A DNA stretch of 55,435 bases from Gnetum montanum. Taxonomy: Eukaryota; Plantae; Gnetophyta. The stretch is from contig MNCI01002506.1 of the NCBI GenBank assembly GCA_015680685.1, positions 1-55,435 on the forward strand. Direction: 5' to 3'. The notes below the pieces were generated by a model, which saw only the letters and a list, made by a program, of their open reading frames with translations, ran no database searches and was not told the origin of the DNA. The position numbers and the translations under genes were made by a program. Positions 1-9,759 of the stretch are shown here, one piece after another; position 1 is the first letter of the stretch; the number at the start of each line of letters is the position of its first letter.

Positions 1-41
1 TATTCGTATGGTGGAGTGTAGGGGTACCTCGCCACTCATCA
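1..41 (+). repeat. 3' end of a family-B LTR inserted into the RNase H region of the Athila-like element
   Basis: TATTCGTATGGTGGAGTGTAGGGGTACCTCGCCACTCATCA matches the LTR ends at 34189-34229 and 39213-39253 and ends in CA. It directly abuts the minus-strand codons AQVNYT of the RNase H. Confidence 0.85.
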
Positions 42-1880
42 TAGTATAATTTACTTGGGCTTGGTCTAAAATTTTGGACACATAATAAAACACTTGTGGT
101 TTATGATCAATGTATTATCCTAAAATTGACCCTACTGTTGTGTCACTAGCATCACACATTAAATCAAATGGATAATCCTAATTAGATGCATTTAATATAG
201 GGGTTGTAGTTACTTGTTTTTTCAATTCCAAGAATGCTTCTTAATAGTCATTAGTTCAAACAAATGAAACATTTTTTTCTAAGAGCATATATAATGGTTT
301 AGCAATTTTTGAAAAGTCTTTGATAAACTTTCTATAATGCCTAACATGTCTTAGAAAATATCGAAGAATCTTTAAATTAGTTGGAGCTAGAAGTGTAGAT
401 ATGACTATTACTTTTTCATCATCCATCCTTATCCCATCTTTAGAAATAACATGTCCTAACACTACGCCACTCGTAACCATCAAGTGACTCTATTTGTGAC
501 TTAATTTTAAATATTTATCAATATATTTGTCTAAGACATGTTGGAGATGTTGCAAGGTTTTATGATAAATATTCTCATAGACTAAAAATTCATCCATAAA
601 AACTTCAACCTAATCTTCTAACATATCAGAGAATATTGAGATCATGGCTCTTTGGAAAGTAGCTGGTGCATTACAAAGGCCAGAAGGCATTCATCTGTAA
701 GCAGAAGTTCCATAAGGACATGTAAAGGTTGTTGTATGCTGGCCTTTAGTGGCAATGGCTACTTGATTGCATCCACTAAATCCATCCCAAAAACAATAAT
801 ATTCATGTCCTTTAACTTTTCCAGAATTTAATCTATGTATGGTAATGGAAAATGGTCTTTCTTTGTATTTTGGTTTAACCTTTTATAATCCACACAAACT
901 CTCCATTTCCCACCCTTTTTGGAACTACAATAATGGGGCTTATCCATTTAGTATCAGCTATTGGATAAATAATCCCTTCTTTCAAAAGTTTTGAAATTTC
1001 ATCCTTAACAATTTGTTTTAAGGCTAGATTAATTTGTCTTTGGGGAATTCTTACTAGTTTCACATTGTCCTCTAGATAAATATGATTTTAATTGATGTTG
1101 GGTGAGATTCCTTGGTGAAGGTCCTCATAACTCCATGAAAATGCCTCAAACTTTCTATGGAAAACTTCTAATAATTTTCCTTCTTGCTCATTATTAAGTT
1201 GGAAATTTATTATTAATGGTTTATTTTGATTTAGGAAGACATGCTTAAGTGTACTAGGTAGTTTTCTAAGATCTAAGGAATCTTTCTTTGAAGGTTGAAT
1301 TATGTCTCCAATATTCCCTGAGCCCAAATTCAAAATTTGATCAAAGAGATCTTGCTATTCTTTAGTTGAGGGGTCTAAAGGTCTTTCCTCAAAATTATTC
1401 AATACTAAGGTTTCCCTATTAGTGTTAAGGTGGGTAGAGTGTAGAGCATTCTTGCTTTCTTCAAGTCTACATCTTCTTTTACCTTATCATATATATTTAA
1501 AGTAAAAGTAAGATTAGCAAAGGAGAGTTGAAGTTGCATTAACCTACAAGTAATTATGGCATTAGCTATTGTTAACCAAGGTCTATCTAATATAATAGGA
1601 AAAAAAATCAAGATCTTTTACTTCCAAAGAAACAAAGTAAATTGGGTATTTCCCTTTTTCTACCTCAATTATTAAGTCCTCTACTATTCCTAATGGTTTA
1701 ACATTTGATCCATCAGCCAATGATATTTTCATGTTTACTCCTTTGATATCTTCAATATCAAGCATCCTAGCCATATTAAGAGGCATGATATTAATGTTAG
1801 CTTCTAAATCCAATAGAGCATTTTTGATCACTTAGCCATTTATTTTGATTGGGATGGTAGGGACTCCTAGATCTTGATAT
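42..1880 (-). pseudogene. Athila-like pol remnant (aspartic protease, RT, RNase H)
   Basis: ORF fragments 1583-1831, 1405-1611, 1088-1333, 875-1063 and 256-483 carry protease and RT motifs. RNase H motifs lie at 42-200. Confidence 0.9.
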
Positions 1881-2499
1881 TTTAGAATCTCTTGACTTTG
1901 TATAAACTTGTTTAGGGAATTTTTTCCTTTCTTTTCCTAGTACATAATTCCCTTAAGTATTTAGCATAAATAGGTGTGTCTTTTACCACTTGTTCCAAAG
2001 GAATATGCAAATAAAATTCACTAAACATTTTTTCAAGATGGGCTTTAGTTGTGAAATCCTCTTGTAATCATTTAGGGAAATGAGGTAAATTTGGTTGTAC
2101 AAAGAATAATGGTTGTTCTTTTTCCCTAGTTGGTTGATCTTCCTCATTTATTATTTGTGGCTAAATTTCTTCTTGTGTCCCTACCTCCTAAAATATTACC
2201 TTCTTTTGAGGCTTAGGTTCAATTGTTTTTTCACTCCTTATAGTAATGGAATGTAATTTCTATTTTCCCTTTCTTTGAGATGTGGGATTGGGTTTAGGTT
2301 GGGATGGTAGCTCATTTTTAGTTAAGTCTTGAAATCTTCTCCTAGTCTCACTCATGAATTGTCTACTTTATTTTATGAAGGAAGTAAGGTTTTCAGTGAG
2401 TTTATCCAAGTGTTCATAAGTTAGGTTTTTGAATGGCCTAGACTTATTTTGTGGATATTGTTGTGGGTAAAATGGTTGTTGAGAAAAGTTAATTGTTGG

Positions 2500-3420
2500 T
2501 TGGTTCTTATATTGTTGGAAAGCCTTCATTGACTCTTGCATTTTCTCTTAATATAATAAGGCTAGACATGTTGTTTGATCATGTTGGGGGCTACCACAAA
2601 TGTTGCATATTTCACTTTGAATTACATCAGCTTGTTTCTTAATCAATCATGTCAACTCATCCACTTTCTTATTTAATTATTATGTTTGTAGGGTCATGCC
2701 TTGCATAATGTTGGGTTTTGGCCAATGTTTACTTTGATCTACTAACAATTCTATAATTTTCTAGCCATCTTCCAATGTTATATTTAAGATATTTCCTCCA
2801 CATGCAAAGTTAACATTTTTGCTACAATAAAATAATAAGCCTTCATCTTCCATTTGAATTAATTGATGGGTTGGGAATCCATGGTTTGGATTCTTTAAGA
2901 ACAATCCTTTAAATCTATCAAAAGTACTCTCATAGTCTTCATCCTCATGTTGCATAAAACTCATTAATTGTTTTCTTAATGAGTATAGCCTATCATTAGC
3001 AAGAAATCTTTGTAGGAAAACATTTTTAAACTCATCCCATGAACTAATTTGTGTTTTAAGGGTTTGTAGCCAAAAATTAGCTTTGTACTTTAAGGTTGAT
3101 TTAAAGGCAATTATCTTAGTTCCATCTCCACCTTGAGGTGCTAACATAGCTAATGTTATTTCAAATTCTCTTATGTGGATAACCAGATCCTCATCATTTG
3201 TCCCCTTAAAAATAGGTAGTAAGTGAATATTTTTAACCTCTACATCTCTTCCTTGTGGAAAAACCAACAAGTCTTGATGTATGATGGATGCTCTTTGATT
3301 TAATAACTCTCCAAGGATTTGTCCTGGATAAGCTTGGCCACTTGGAACATTGGAACTCAAACTCCCAAGGGAGAATGATAGTATTTTGAAATCCTGCTCT
3401 TGTAGTTGAACTCATGGTTG
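2500..3420 (-). pseudogene. Athila-like gag remnant
   Basis: ORF 2761-3360 (LPIFKG..EDLVIHIREF...KANFWL...ISSWDEFKNVFLQRF...PNHGF) is retrotransposon gag-like. A CNICGSPQH zinc-knuckle-like remnant lies near 2580-2610. Confidence 0.85.
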
Positions 3421-3918
3421 ATATTGTAGTAGTTGAAATATCAAATAGAGGATTAATAGATATGGAAAAATTAGAACTTGATTGTATTGGTTCCTTTTGG
3501 TTTTGTTTTTTATTAAATTTTGTATGTTTGTAAAAACTAAGAGTGCTCCTAGAAGGTTGAATTGATATTGGTTTCTTTGGTTGCTTTGTTGATTTCATTT
3601 AACAAGAACACTCTTTGTTGACACATTCATGGGTTATCATTCCTAAGATTTTACAAACTAATTTAATAACTCCTACTATCGCAGCTTTAATTGTAACCTT
3701 TTAAATAGTTTTAGCTAGTTGTAGTAGAAAAGGAGTTGATTCCTGGTATTTTTCTTTATTTTGGATTTTTTAATGCAAGAAAATAAGTAAAAGAAACCAT
3801 TTTTAAAATTACTTAAGTAAAAAATAAAATAAAATAAAATAAAATGTACCTGAAACATAAAATTGCAAAATGAAATTAAAACATATAGAACCCCTTATGA
3901 TGATTAACTTTGTCGACC

Positions 3919-3936
3919 TTCTCGAAAATGGTGCCA
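3919..3936 (-). promoter_or_regulatory. Primer-binding site (degenerate tRNA-Asp type, Athila)
   Basis: Minus strand reads ...TGTCA-attt-TGGCACCATTTTCGAGAA, a degenerate version of TGGCGCCGTTGCCGGGGA directly after an LTR CA end. Confidence 0.7.
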
Positions 3937-3940
3937 AAAT

Positions 3941-4390
3941 TGACAAGCCAAGAAAAATTCAGTGTTGGATACCTTTAAATTTTATCTTCCTTTCATTATA
4001 GTCAAAAGATCATCAAGATAATAAATGATTAAAATCAAATCCAAACAAATTCCACACTTATATAGTTGTCACTCATAAGTAAAATCATGAATTTTCATCC
4101 TAACTTCTAATCTTAAGTTCAAGAATGAAAATTAATGATTAAATCAATATTGAAATCATAAATACAAACATAGATCTCAGGGATCACAAGGGAGACTTTG
4201 CCTTATTTGCAATGTGTTGCTATTTTCACAATGTAGCAACCTTGATAGTTGTACAATGGACTCCAATAATCACCATAAGGCTCAATAGATCCTCTCTCAA
4301 TGATGTTCAATGACAATTAACTTCAACTTAATGTGGCTTTTGCTTGGGTATCGATTCCTCTTTTTGATATTCTCCTCTATCTTTTCAATA
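3941..4390 (-). repeat. Probable remnant of the Athila-like 5' LTR (distal boundary uncertain)
   Basis: Begins with TG on the plus strand (CA end on minus) next to the PBS and is CpG-poor. No second copy is in the window to fix the other end. Confidence 0.45.
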
Positions 4391-4487
4391 CAATGTGGAA
4401 CGTCTTATATATACTTTTACAATGTACAACAATATTTTAAACATAGATGGATTCGGAAGAATCCATACCGATTCGGAAGCAACGGGC

Positions 4488-4632
4488 GATTTCCCATGAA
4501 GATGAGTGATTGCCATGGCTTTGCCACGTGCAGCCCTGTCCAAGTGGATATTCTCAATGGTAAACCTTGTCATTTCTGATTTTCCCTTCTTGCACGGCAG
4601 ATGCACATATGTAGTCGTGCAAATCTCCTCTC
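4488..4632 (-). pseudogene. Possible second protein-kinase fragment (subdomains V-VIa), frameshifted
   Basis: Across frames it reads RGDLHDYI...GLPLRISTWTGLHVAK/AMAITHLHG, reminiscent of NGSLHDHL...LxWxxRLxIAxxxAxGLAYLH. Confidence 0.35.
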
Positions 4633-4736
4633 TTGTCTGCGCAGATCTTGTTTGGGGGATTAGAGATCTGGCCTACATTTGCACATGATGATGGGTTGCA
4701 GCAATTACTGGTTTACCTACGTTACCATCCTGAGTT

Positions 4737-4870
4737 ATGGAGGATCTCATTGAGCAATGCTGCTACATCTTTCATGGTGGGTCTATCTTCCGGATTGGAG
4801 TTGTTGCACAGAATAACAGTGCTCGTAACTGCAACATCCCTTGGATCTGCGTGTCCGGTCGGTCCTGCAG
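4737..4870 (-). pseudogene. Fragment of an LRR receptor-like kinase C-terminus (LRR-XI, RGI-like), frameshifted
   Basis: Minus strand translates LQDRPDTQIQGMLQ /frameshift/ TVILCNNSNPEDRPTMKDVAALLNEILH. This closely follows the RGI-type kinase subdomain XI end (LQGHPDTQIQEMLQ...LLC...EDRPTMKDVAALLREIRH), recalled from family knowledge. Confidence 0.8.
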
Positions 4871-5490
4871 AACAGAAATACGGATTTTCGTTTCTACGTT
4901 TTGGTGCTGCGATGTCGATGAGGGTTTATGACCAACGTCGTAATGGCGCTGATGGTGTCGGAGCAGAGCCGACGCTATTCGTGAACTGAGCCAGCAACGA
5001 GAGCACGAAATTATAAGTGGTCAGCGTGGTCTGTGACTAGGAGCCCTCACCGTACGTGGACGACTTTTCCTACGCCAGCATCCTGCACTCATCGGAGTTG
5101 TACGTGCTGGCCTGGTACATGTGTGACGTCAAGGGATCCAACATGGAAGTTCGTTGCTGGTAGCAGTTTTTGCAGAGTTGGCTCTTTGTTCAAGTGAGGT
5201 TGCTGGCGGTGTCTAAACTCCCCATCGCCGGCGTGTCCACTGTTATCTTTAACAGAAAGTTGCAGTGAATTTTTGGCCCAGAGGCATCGGTGTATAGATC
5301 CTCCTGGGCAATGTCGACGATGTTCGTGGCTCCGTCCCTTTCAATGTTGATGGTAGTATCATTGGTGATGGTGCTGCCATTGTTGCTGGAAGGCACGTTT
5401 GATTCTGCCGAGGCGTTGTGAAAACTGCGCAGAGTTGAGGACAGCCATGGCGCTAGCGTTGCTGACAGGCCAGAGGATGCCCACGGTGAC

Positions 5491-5715
5491 TAATTATAAT
5501 ATAAGATTTTTATATAGTTTACACATATAATTATATATAATGTTTATGTGATATTTGTATAATATATAAAATTATAATCACATAATATATAATGTCTTTA
5601 TGTAATATATCATATTAATTAAACTAACATAAAACAAACTAATAAATTAATAATAATAAATCAATACTCACCACTATTATAATATACATTAATTAAACAC
5701 TAATATAATAATCAA
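5491..5715. repeat. AT-rich low-complexity tract
   Basis: Almost pure A/T (TATAAT/ATTAAT-rich), with an abrupt boundary against the GC-rich island. Confidence 0.7.
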
Positions 5716-5779
5716 TTGAAATACATGCATTTTACAAGGATATTTATTTAAAGATTGAACAAGTTTTGGGTTTTAACAA

Positions 5780-7050
5780 GAACAAAGGAAAGAAAAAAAT
5801 TTATTTATGAATTTACAAAAATTTCAAACAAGAAATGTAAGAGCATTGATCATGTCAAATGGAAGGAAGTAGAAGAAGAAAATTTGGTAAAAGATAATGA
5901 AATTTTGAAAACATAAATTTTTTTTAATAATTATTAAATAAAGAATTTCTAAGAGAAGACATTCAAGAAGAACCAAATTTTGCTTTGGTTAATAAACTTT
6001 TCTTCTTTGAGGTGAAGATATCTTTATCAAAGATGAAAAATCGAAAAGATGTTAGACCATATAACATTCCTATAGAAGGTTGGAAAGTGTTATAGTTTCT
6101 TGACTAACATAATTAGTTAATAAAATTTTCAAGAATTGAGAAATTCCTAAAAATTTAATTAAAAGCTTTGTTATTTTTATTTATAAAAATAAAGAAGGCA
6201 TACAAAATTGTGCAAAATATAGAGGGATCAAGATAATGGGCCATACTATGAAGCTTTAGGAGAGAGTCATAGAGAAATGTCTTAGACTTAAATCAATGAT
6301 ATCAAAAAATCAATTTGAATTTATGCCATGTAGATATACTATAGAGGCTATTTTTTTAATATGACAATTGATGGAGAAATTTCAAAAACATAGAAAAAAT
6401 TATATGTGATCTTTATTGACTTAGAAAAAGCATATGATAGAGCTCCTAGAGATATTATTTGATGGATCTTGTAGAGGAAAAAAATCCATGATAAATATCT
6501 TAAAATGATCCAATCATAAAGACATGTATTAAGGAAATAACACTAAAATTAGAATAGCTTATGGAATAACATATGATTTTCCAATCATAGTAGGTCTTTT
6601 TCATCAACCCATCATTGTTATTCATACCTCTTTTTCACAACCCAACATTCAACACCATATAAGATAGTAGGCTAATCATATGTTATCTAAACCATCTAAA
6701 CAATGATTGGCTTATATTGTAGATAAGATATAAGAATGATGGTTTATATGGTTTGAACATGTGCAAAGATGATTAGATAATGAATTGATAAATAAAGGTT
6801 GCTACAAAACTATTCCACGAAAGCTATCAAAAGGAAGACCAAAGAAGACATGGGAAAANTACTATTCCACGAAAGCTATCAAAAGGAAGACCATAGAAGA
6901 CATGGGAAAAAAATGATCAAAGATAGCTTAAAGAAACTTTAAATAAACAAAGATCTAGTTCTTCATAGAGGCAAATGGTGAAAAAGAATTCATATAGCCA
7001 ACCACATTTTATTGGGATAAGGCTAGGATGATGATGATGATGATAATGAT
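5780..7050 (+). mobile_element. RTE-clade LINE, 5'-truncated, internally deleted and partly inverted
   Basis: Translates YKNK..IQNCAKYRGIKIMGHTMKLxERVIE...NQFEFMP..TIEAIF...FIDLEKAYD...KDMY...FPIIVGL, then WFxHVQR and RGRPKKTW. Ends ...TGGGATAAGGCT plus a microsatellite tail typical of plant RTEs. Confidence 0.9.
7027..7050 (+). repeat. (GAT)n microsatellite forming the RTE 3' tail
   Basis: GATGATGATGATGATGATAATGAT immediately after the RTE terminus. Confidence 0.85.
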
Positions 7051-7328
7051 TTAGAAACTTAGCAATAACTCCAACAGTGTCTTTTTATTCTCATGTATAA
7101 GAAAAATCCTATAACCTTATTACCTTCTTCAAGCATCACCTAGAATGATGTTTCATTGCTTGAGATTGTTGACAAGCCATCAAATAACCTTAAAAACATC
7201 TTTTCTGTAGTTTGATTCATGGATTTTTTTCCTTTGTATTTTCTTTACATTGACCATTAGTTTTAAAATTTCATGCTCATCTAGCTAAATTTTAATGTTT
7301 TTCCATTGATTTAGCTTGATGTGGACTT

Positions 7329-8473
7329 TATTGATCTATCTTATGTTTTAGTGATATAAAAACGAAATAATGAAGAAGTTTGTTTGAATGCTCCTATGTT
7401 TTAAGATTTGACTAGGCCAATTAGCACCACGAAAAGGTAGTAGTTAAAAAGGCTAAATTAAAGATTTTGGAATGCATGGAGTTCAAGGATTGATCATATC
7501 TCTTAACTTCAAATATAGGCTAGATGTTCAAACTCCATCCTAGATGTCTAGGTAGAGAGCATGTCAAGTTTAGAAATCCATTATCTTATAGACCATATGT
7601 TTTAGATCTAAGCCCAAACATCCTAGTCTTGGATGTCCAGGACTTTAGTGTGGATGTTAAAGTAGAATCAAAGCGCATGATAGGATGGATGTCCAAGTAT
7701 ACTTTAGAAGTTCAACATGAGACTCAACCTTCTCAGTGTGGATGTTCAACCCTCAAATAAAACATGTAAGGTAGCTATTGAAAAGAATAAAAAAGTCATT
7801 TCTAGTCATTTCCTTAGCTACAACTCAAAGAAGGAAGCTTTCATGATGCTAGATCTTTGTAGGAAAGGTCTCACATTTATGTTATAAGAAATGCAAAGCA
7901 ATCCATAGAGCATTTATTAGGTTTCAAGTATTATATTGGTGGTTAAGATATGAAAAATACTTGGAAGTTTGTTATGAGAGTTGTACCATCATAGCTACAT
8001 TTTTTCTCCCAGAGTTTGATTGTGTTGTGTGTATAGATCCATTATTCAATCATTATTTCATTGTGCATAAGTGGATCTAGATCTAGGGCTTGTTCTTTCA
8101 TCATCCTAGTATAAGCTAGATCTGTGTAGATATGATTTTGAAAATCTTTCTCTCTATACATACTCTTTAATTGAATCATTCTCTTTTCTTCAAGAAGTAT
8201 AAATTTTCTTTGAGGGGTGGTATGTATGTCTTATTAGAGCATCACATTCATACTGAACATTATAAAGTTCTTAGGAGTCTTGTGGAATACCAAGCTTGAA
8301 GAATCATTGTTCATCCTATGGGGAATGTGTAGGATTCGAGGATCTACCATAGTGGTAGCCTTAGCAAAAGCTTTAATTCAATTTGAATTTTATGGTTATG
8401 AGCTTGATCATATACATTGGTAATTTTTTTATAACTTATTCATCCTCCAATCTTCTAAATTAACTGATCCAAA
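7329..8473 (+). repeat. Element C 5' LTR
   Basis: Colinear similarity to 33147-33335 and 39259-40266; carries repeated GGATGTCC-like motifs; followed by a PBS. Confidence 0.82.
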
Positions 8474-8475
8474 AG

Positions 8476-8487
8476 TGGTATGAAAGC
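8476..8487 (+). promoter_or_regulatory. PBS (tRNA-iMet, degenerate)
   Basis: TGGTATGAAAGC versus consensus TGGTATCAGAGC, 2 nt after the LTR end. Confidence 0.75.
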
Positions 8488-8525
8488 TTTAACTACTCTT
8501 TCTTGAATCTAATAACTTGATAAAA

Positions 8526-9052
8526 ATGGAAGAATAATAGGGAATGTCAGTTGCATAATCATCTTCTTTTGATGATACTGACTATGTCTTCTAAAAAGAT
8601 CAGGTGAAAATATACTTAGAATCTTTTGAGTTTGATGTGTAGTAGAGACTTGTTAATGGATACAATACACTTGTAAATGAATGATCAAAATGTGATAAAA
8701 ATAGTAAGAAGGCCTTTATGAGTGATTTAAAGACCAAAAATACAATAGCTTCTACACTAACATAAGAATATTACAATCAAATTAGCTGTTACAAGATGCC
8801 TAAGAAAGTTTGGAATACCTTGGAGGAAACTTATGAAGGTACCAAGATGGTAAAGTAATAAAAAATACTTCTATGTTTGAATTAGTTAAAACAACTTAAG
8901 ATGAGAAAGGATGAGATGATTCATGAATACTTTGATCGAGTATATGATATCATTAGCTTCATTAGAGGGATATGTCAAGATATTTCTAAAAGTAAAGTTA
9001 TTTATAACATTATTATAACTTTGAATCCTAAATATAAGGTGAAGAACTTTGT
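8526..9052 (+). pseudogene. Element C gag, N-terminal part
   Basis: ME..GMSVA...FDDTDYVFxKDQVKIYLES...KKVWNTLEETYEGTKMVK is copia/SIRE gag-like. The frame resumes at about 21807. Confidence 0.8.
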
Positions 9053-9546
9053 TGTGTCATCCCATTCTTGGATGTCATGAAAAACATTAAGTATACATAA
9101 CATTCAACATTATGTGTAATAAATGTAGGCGGAAAAATGTAGAAGAAAATAAAAAAGAATTTTATTAATGTAAAAATAATATATCAGGGTTATGCTATAA
9201 TGGTTTTTTGGGATTATCTTCCTTTAGCATCTATCCCTTAGAAATAATCCAACATTGCTACCATGATTAGACCTATACCTAGTAAGAAGAAATGGCCAGT
9301 CACCTTCCCATCTTGGTTCATCCAACATCCATTACTTATCTTTATCGACTGTGCAACTCCATGGTTAATCAATCTTTAATTCTTATGTATAAATTTCTTA
9401 AGTCAAATCCTCAAAGGCCATATTAGAAGATATGTCCATTATTACACTATGTCCTTGTAGATCTCATTATAGTAATTACATCATTTGTTACAAAGTGATA
9501 TCATCTTAGTTACAAAATATCTCCATTTGGAAATGGGGACATGATA
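9053..9546 (-). repeat. Element D 3' LTR
   Basis: Homologous to 21309-21802, 32433-32942, 47745-48226 and (reverse) 52356-52862. Confidence 0.8.
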
Positions 9547-9759
9547 AATGACTTCCCTTAGCTTTTATCTATCTTCAAATGAGTTTGCATTAAGGATTCT
9601 TCTTCATAATCTAGTATTCTTTCCATGCTCTAATGGTTTAATACTTTGATTTTGACTTTTTGAATGAGGTTGAATATTTTAAAGTTATCTTGCTTATTTT
9701 GCAAGAGAAATATAAATAAGAAAAATATTGGAAAAAACAAGTCTAATAATGTAAATACC

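Larger units (their letters stand above)
42..3940 (-). mobile_element. Decayed Ty3/gypsy LTR retrotransposon internal region, Athila-like (gag-AP-RT-RNase H; integrase not in window)
   Basis: Minus-strand motifs in gypsy order: retrotransposon gag (2761-3360), protease ALLDLEANINIMP and PIILDRPWL, RT IYPIADTKWISPI / MPSGLCNAPATFQRAM / VEVFMDEF, RNase H LMCDASD...AQVNYT. Many stops and frameshifts. Confidence 0.92.
4440..5490. other. GC/CpG-rich island made of rearranged gene fragments; candidate non-coding TAS-like/PHAS locus
   Basis: About 50 CpGs by manual count in ~1.05 kb versus a few per kb elsewhere. CAG/CTG retained, no long ORF. Contains an LRR-RLK kinase C-terminus and PPR-like snippets on both strands. 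Confidence 0.6.

Noticed and set aside
4738-4759. Resemblance to a miR828 target site
   Set aside because: It lies wholly within the antisense RLK coding fragment and needs gaps. Probably chance, which also cautions against the miR390-like matches.
4633-4989. 118-aa plus-strand ORF in the island (and the 5190-5396 minus ORF) as real genes
   Set aside because: The first is largely the antisense of the RLK fragment. Neither starts with ATG or shows a coherent domain.
4440-5490. Helitron or Pack-MULE explanation for the island
   Set aside because: No TC...CTRR ends with a correctly spaced GC-rich hairpin, no long TIRs and no 9-bp TSD visible. Not excluded if the termini have decayed.
6810-6910. 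~50-bp near-exact tandem duplication around a single N (also 11433-11547, 19657-19818, 20294-20423, 22683-22773)
   Set aside because: Near-identical copies separated by one N are typical contig-overlap/scaffolding artefacts, not biological repeats.
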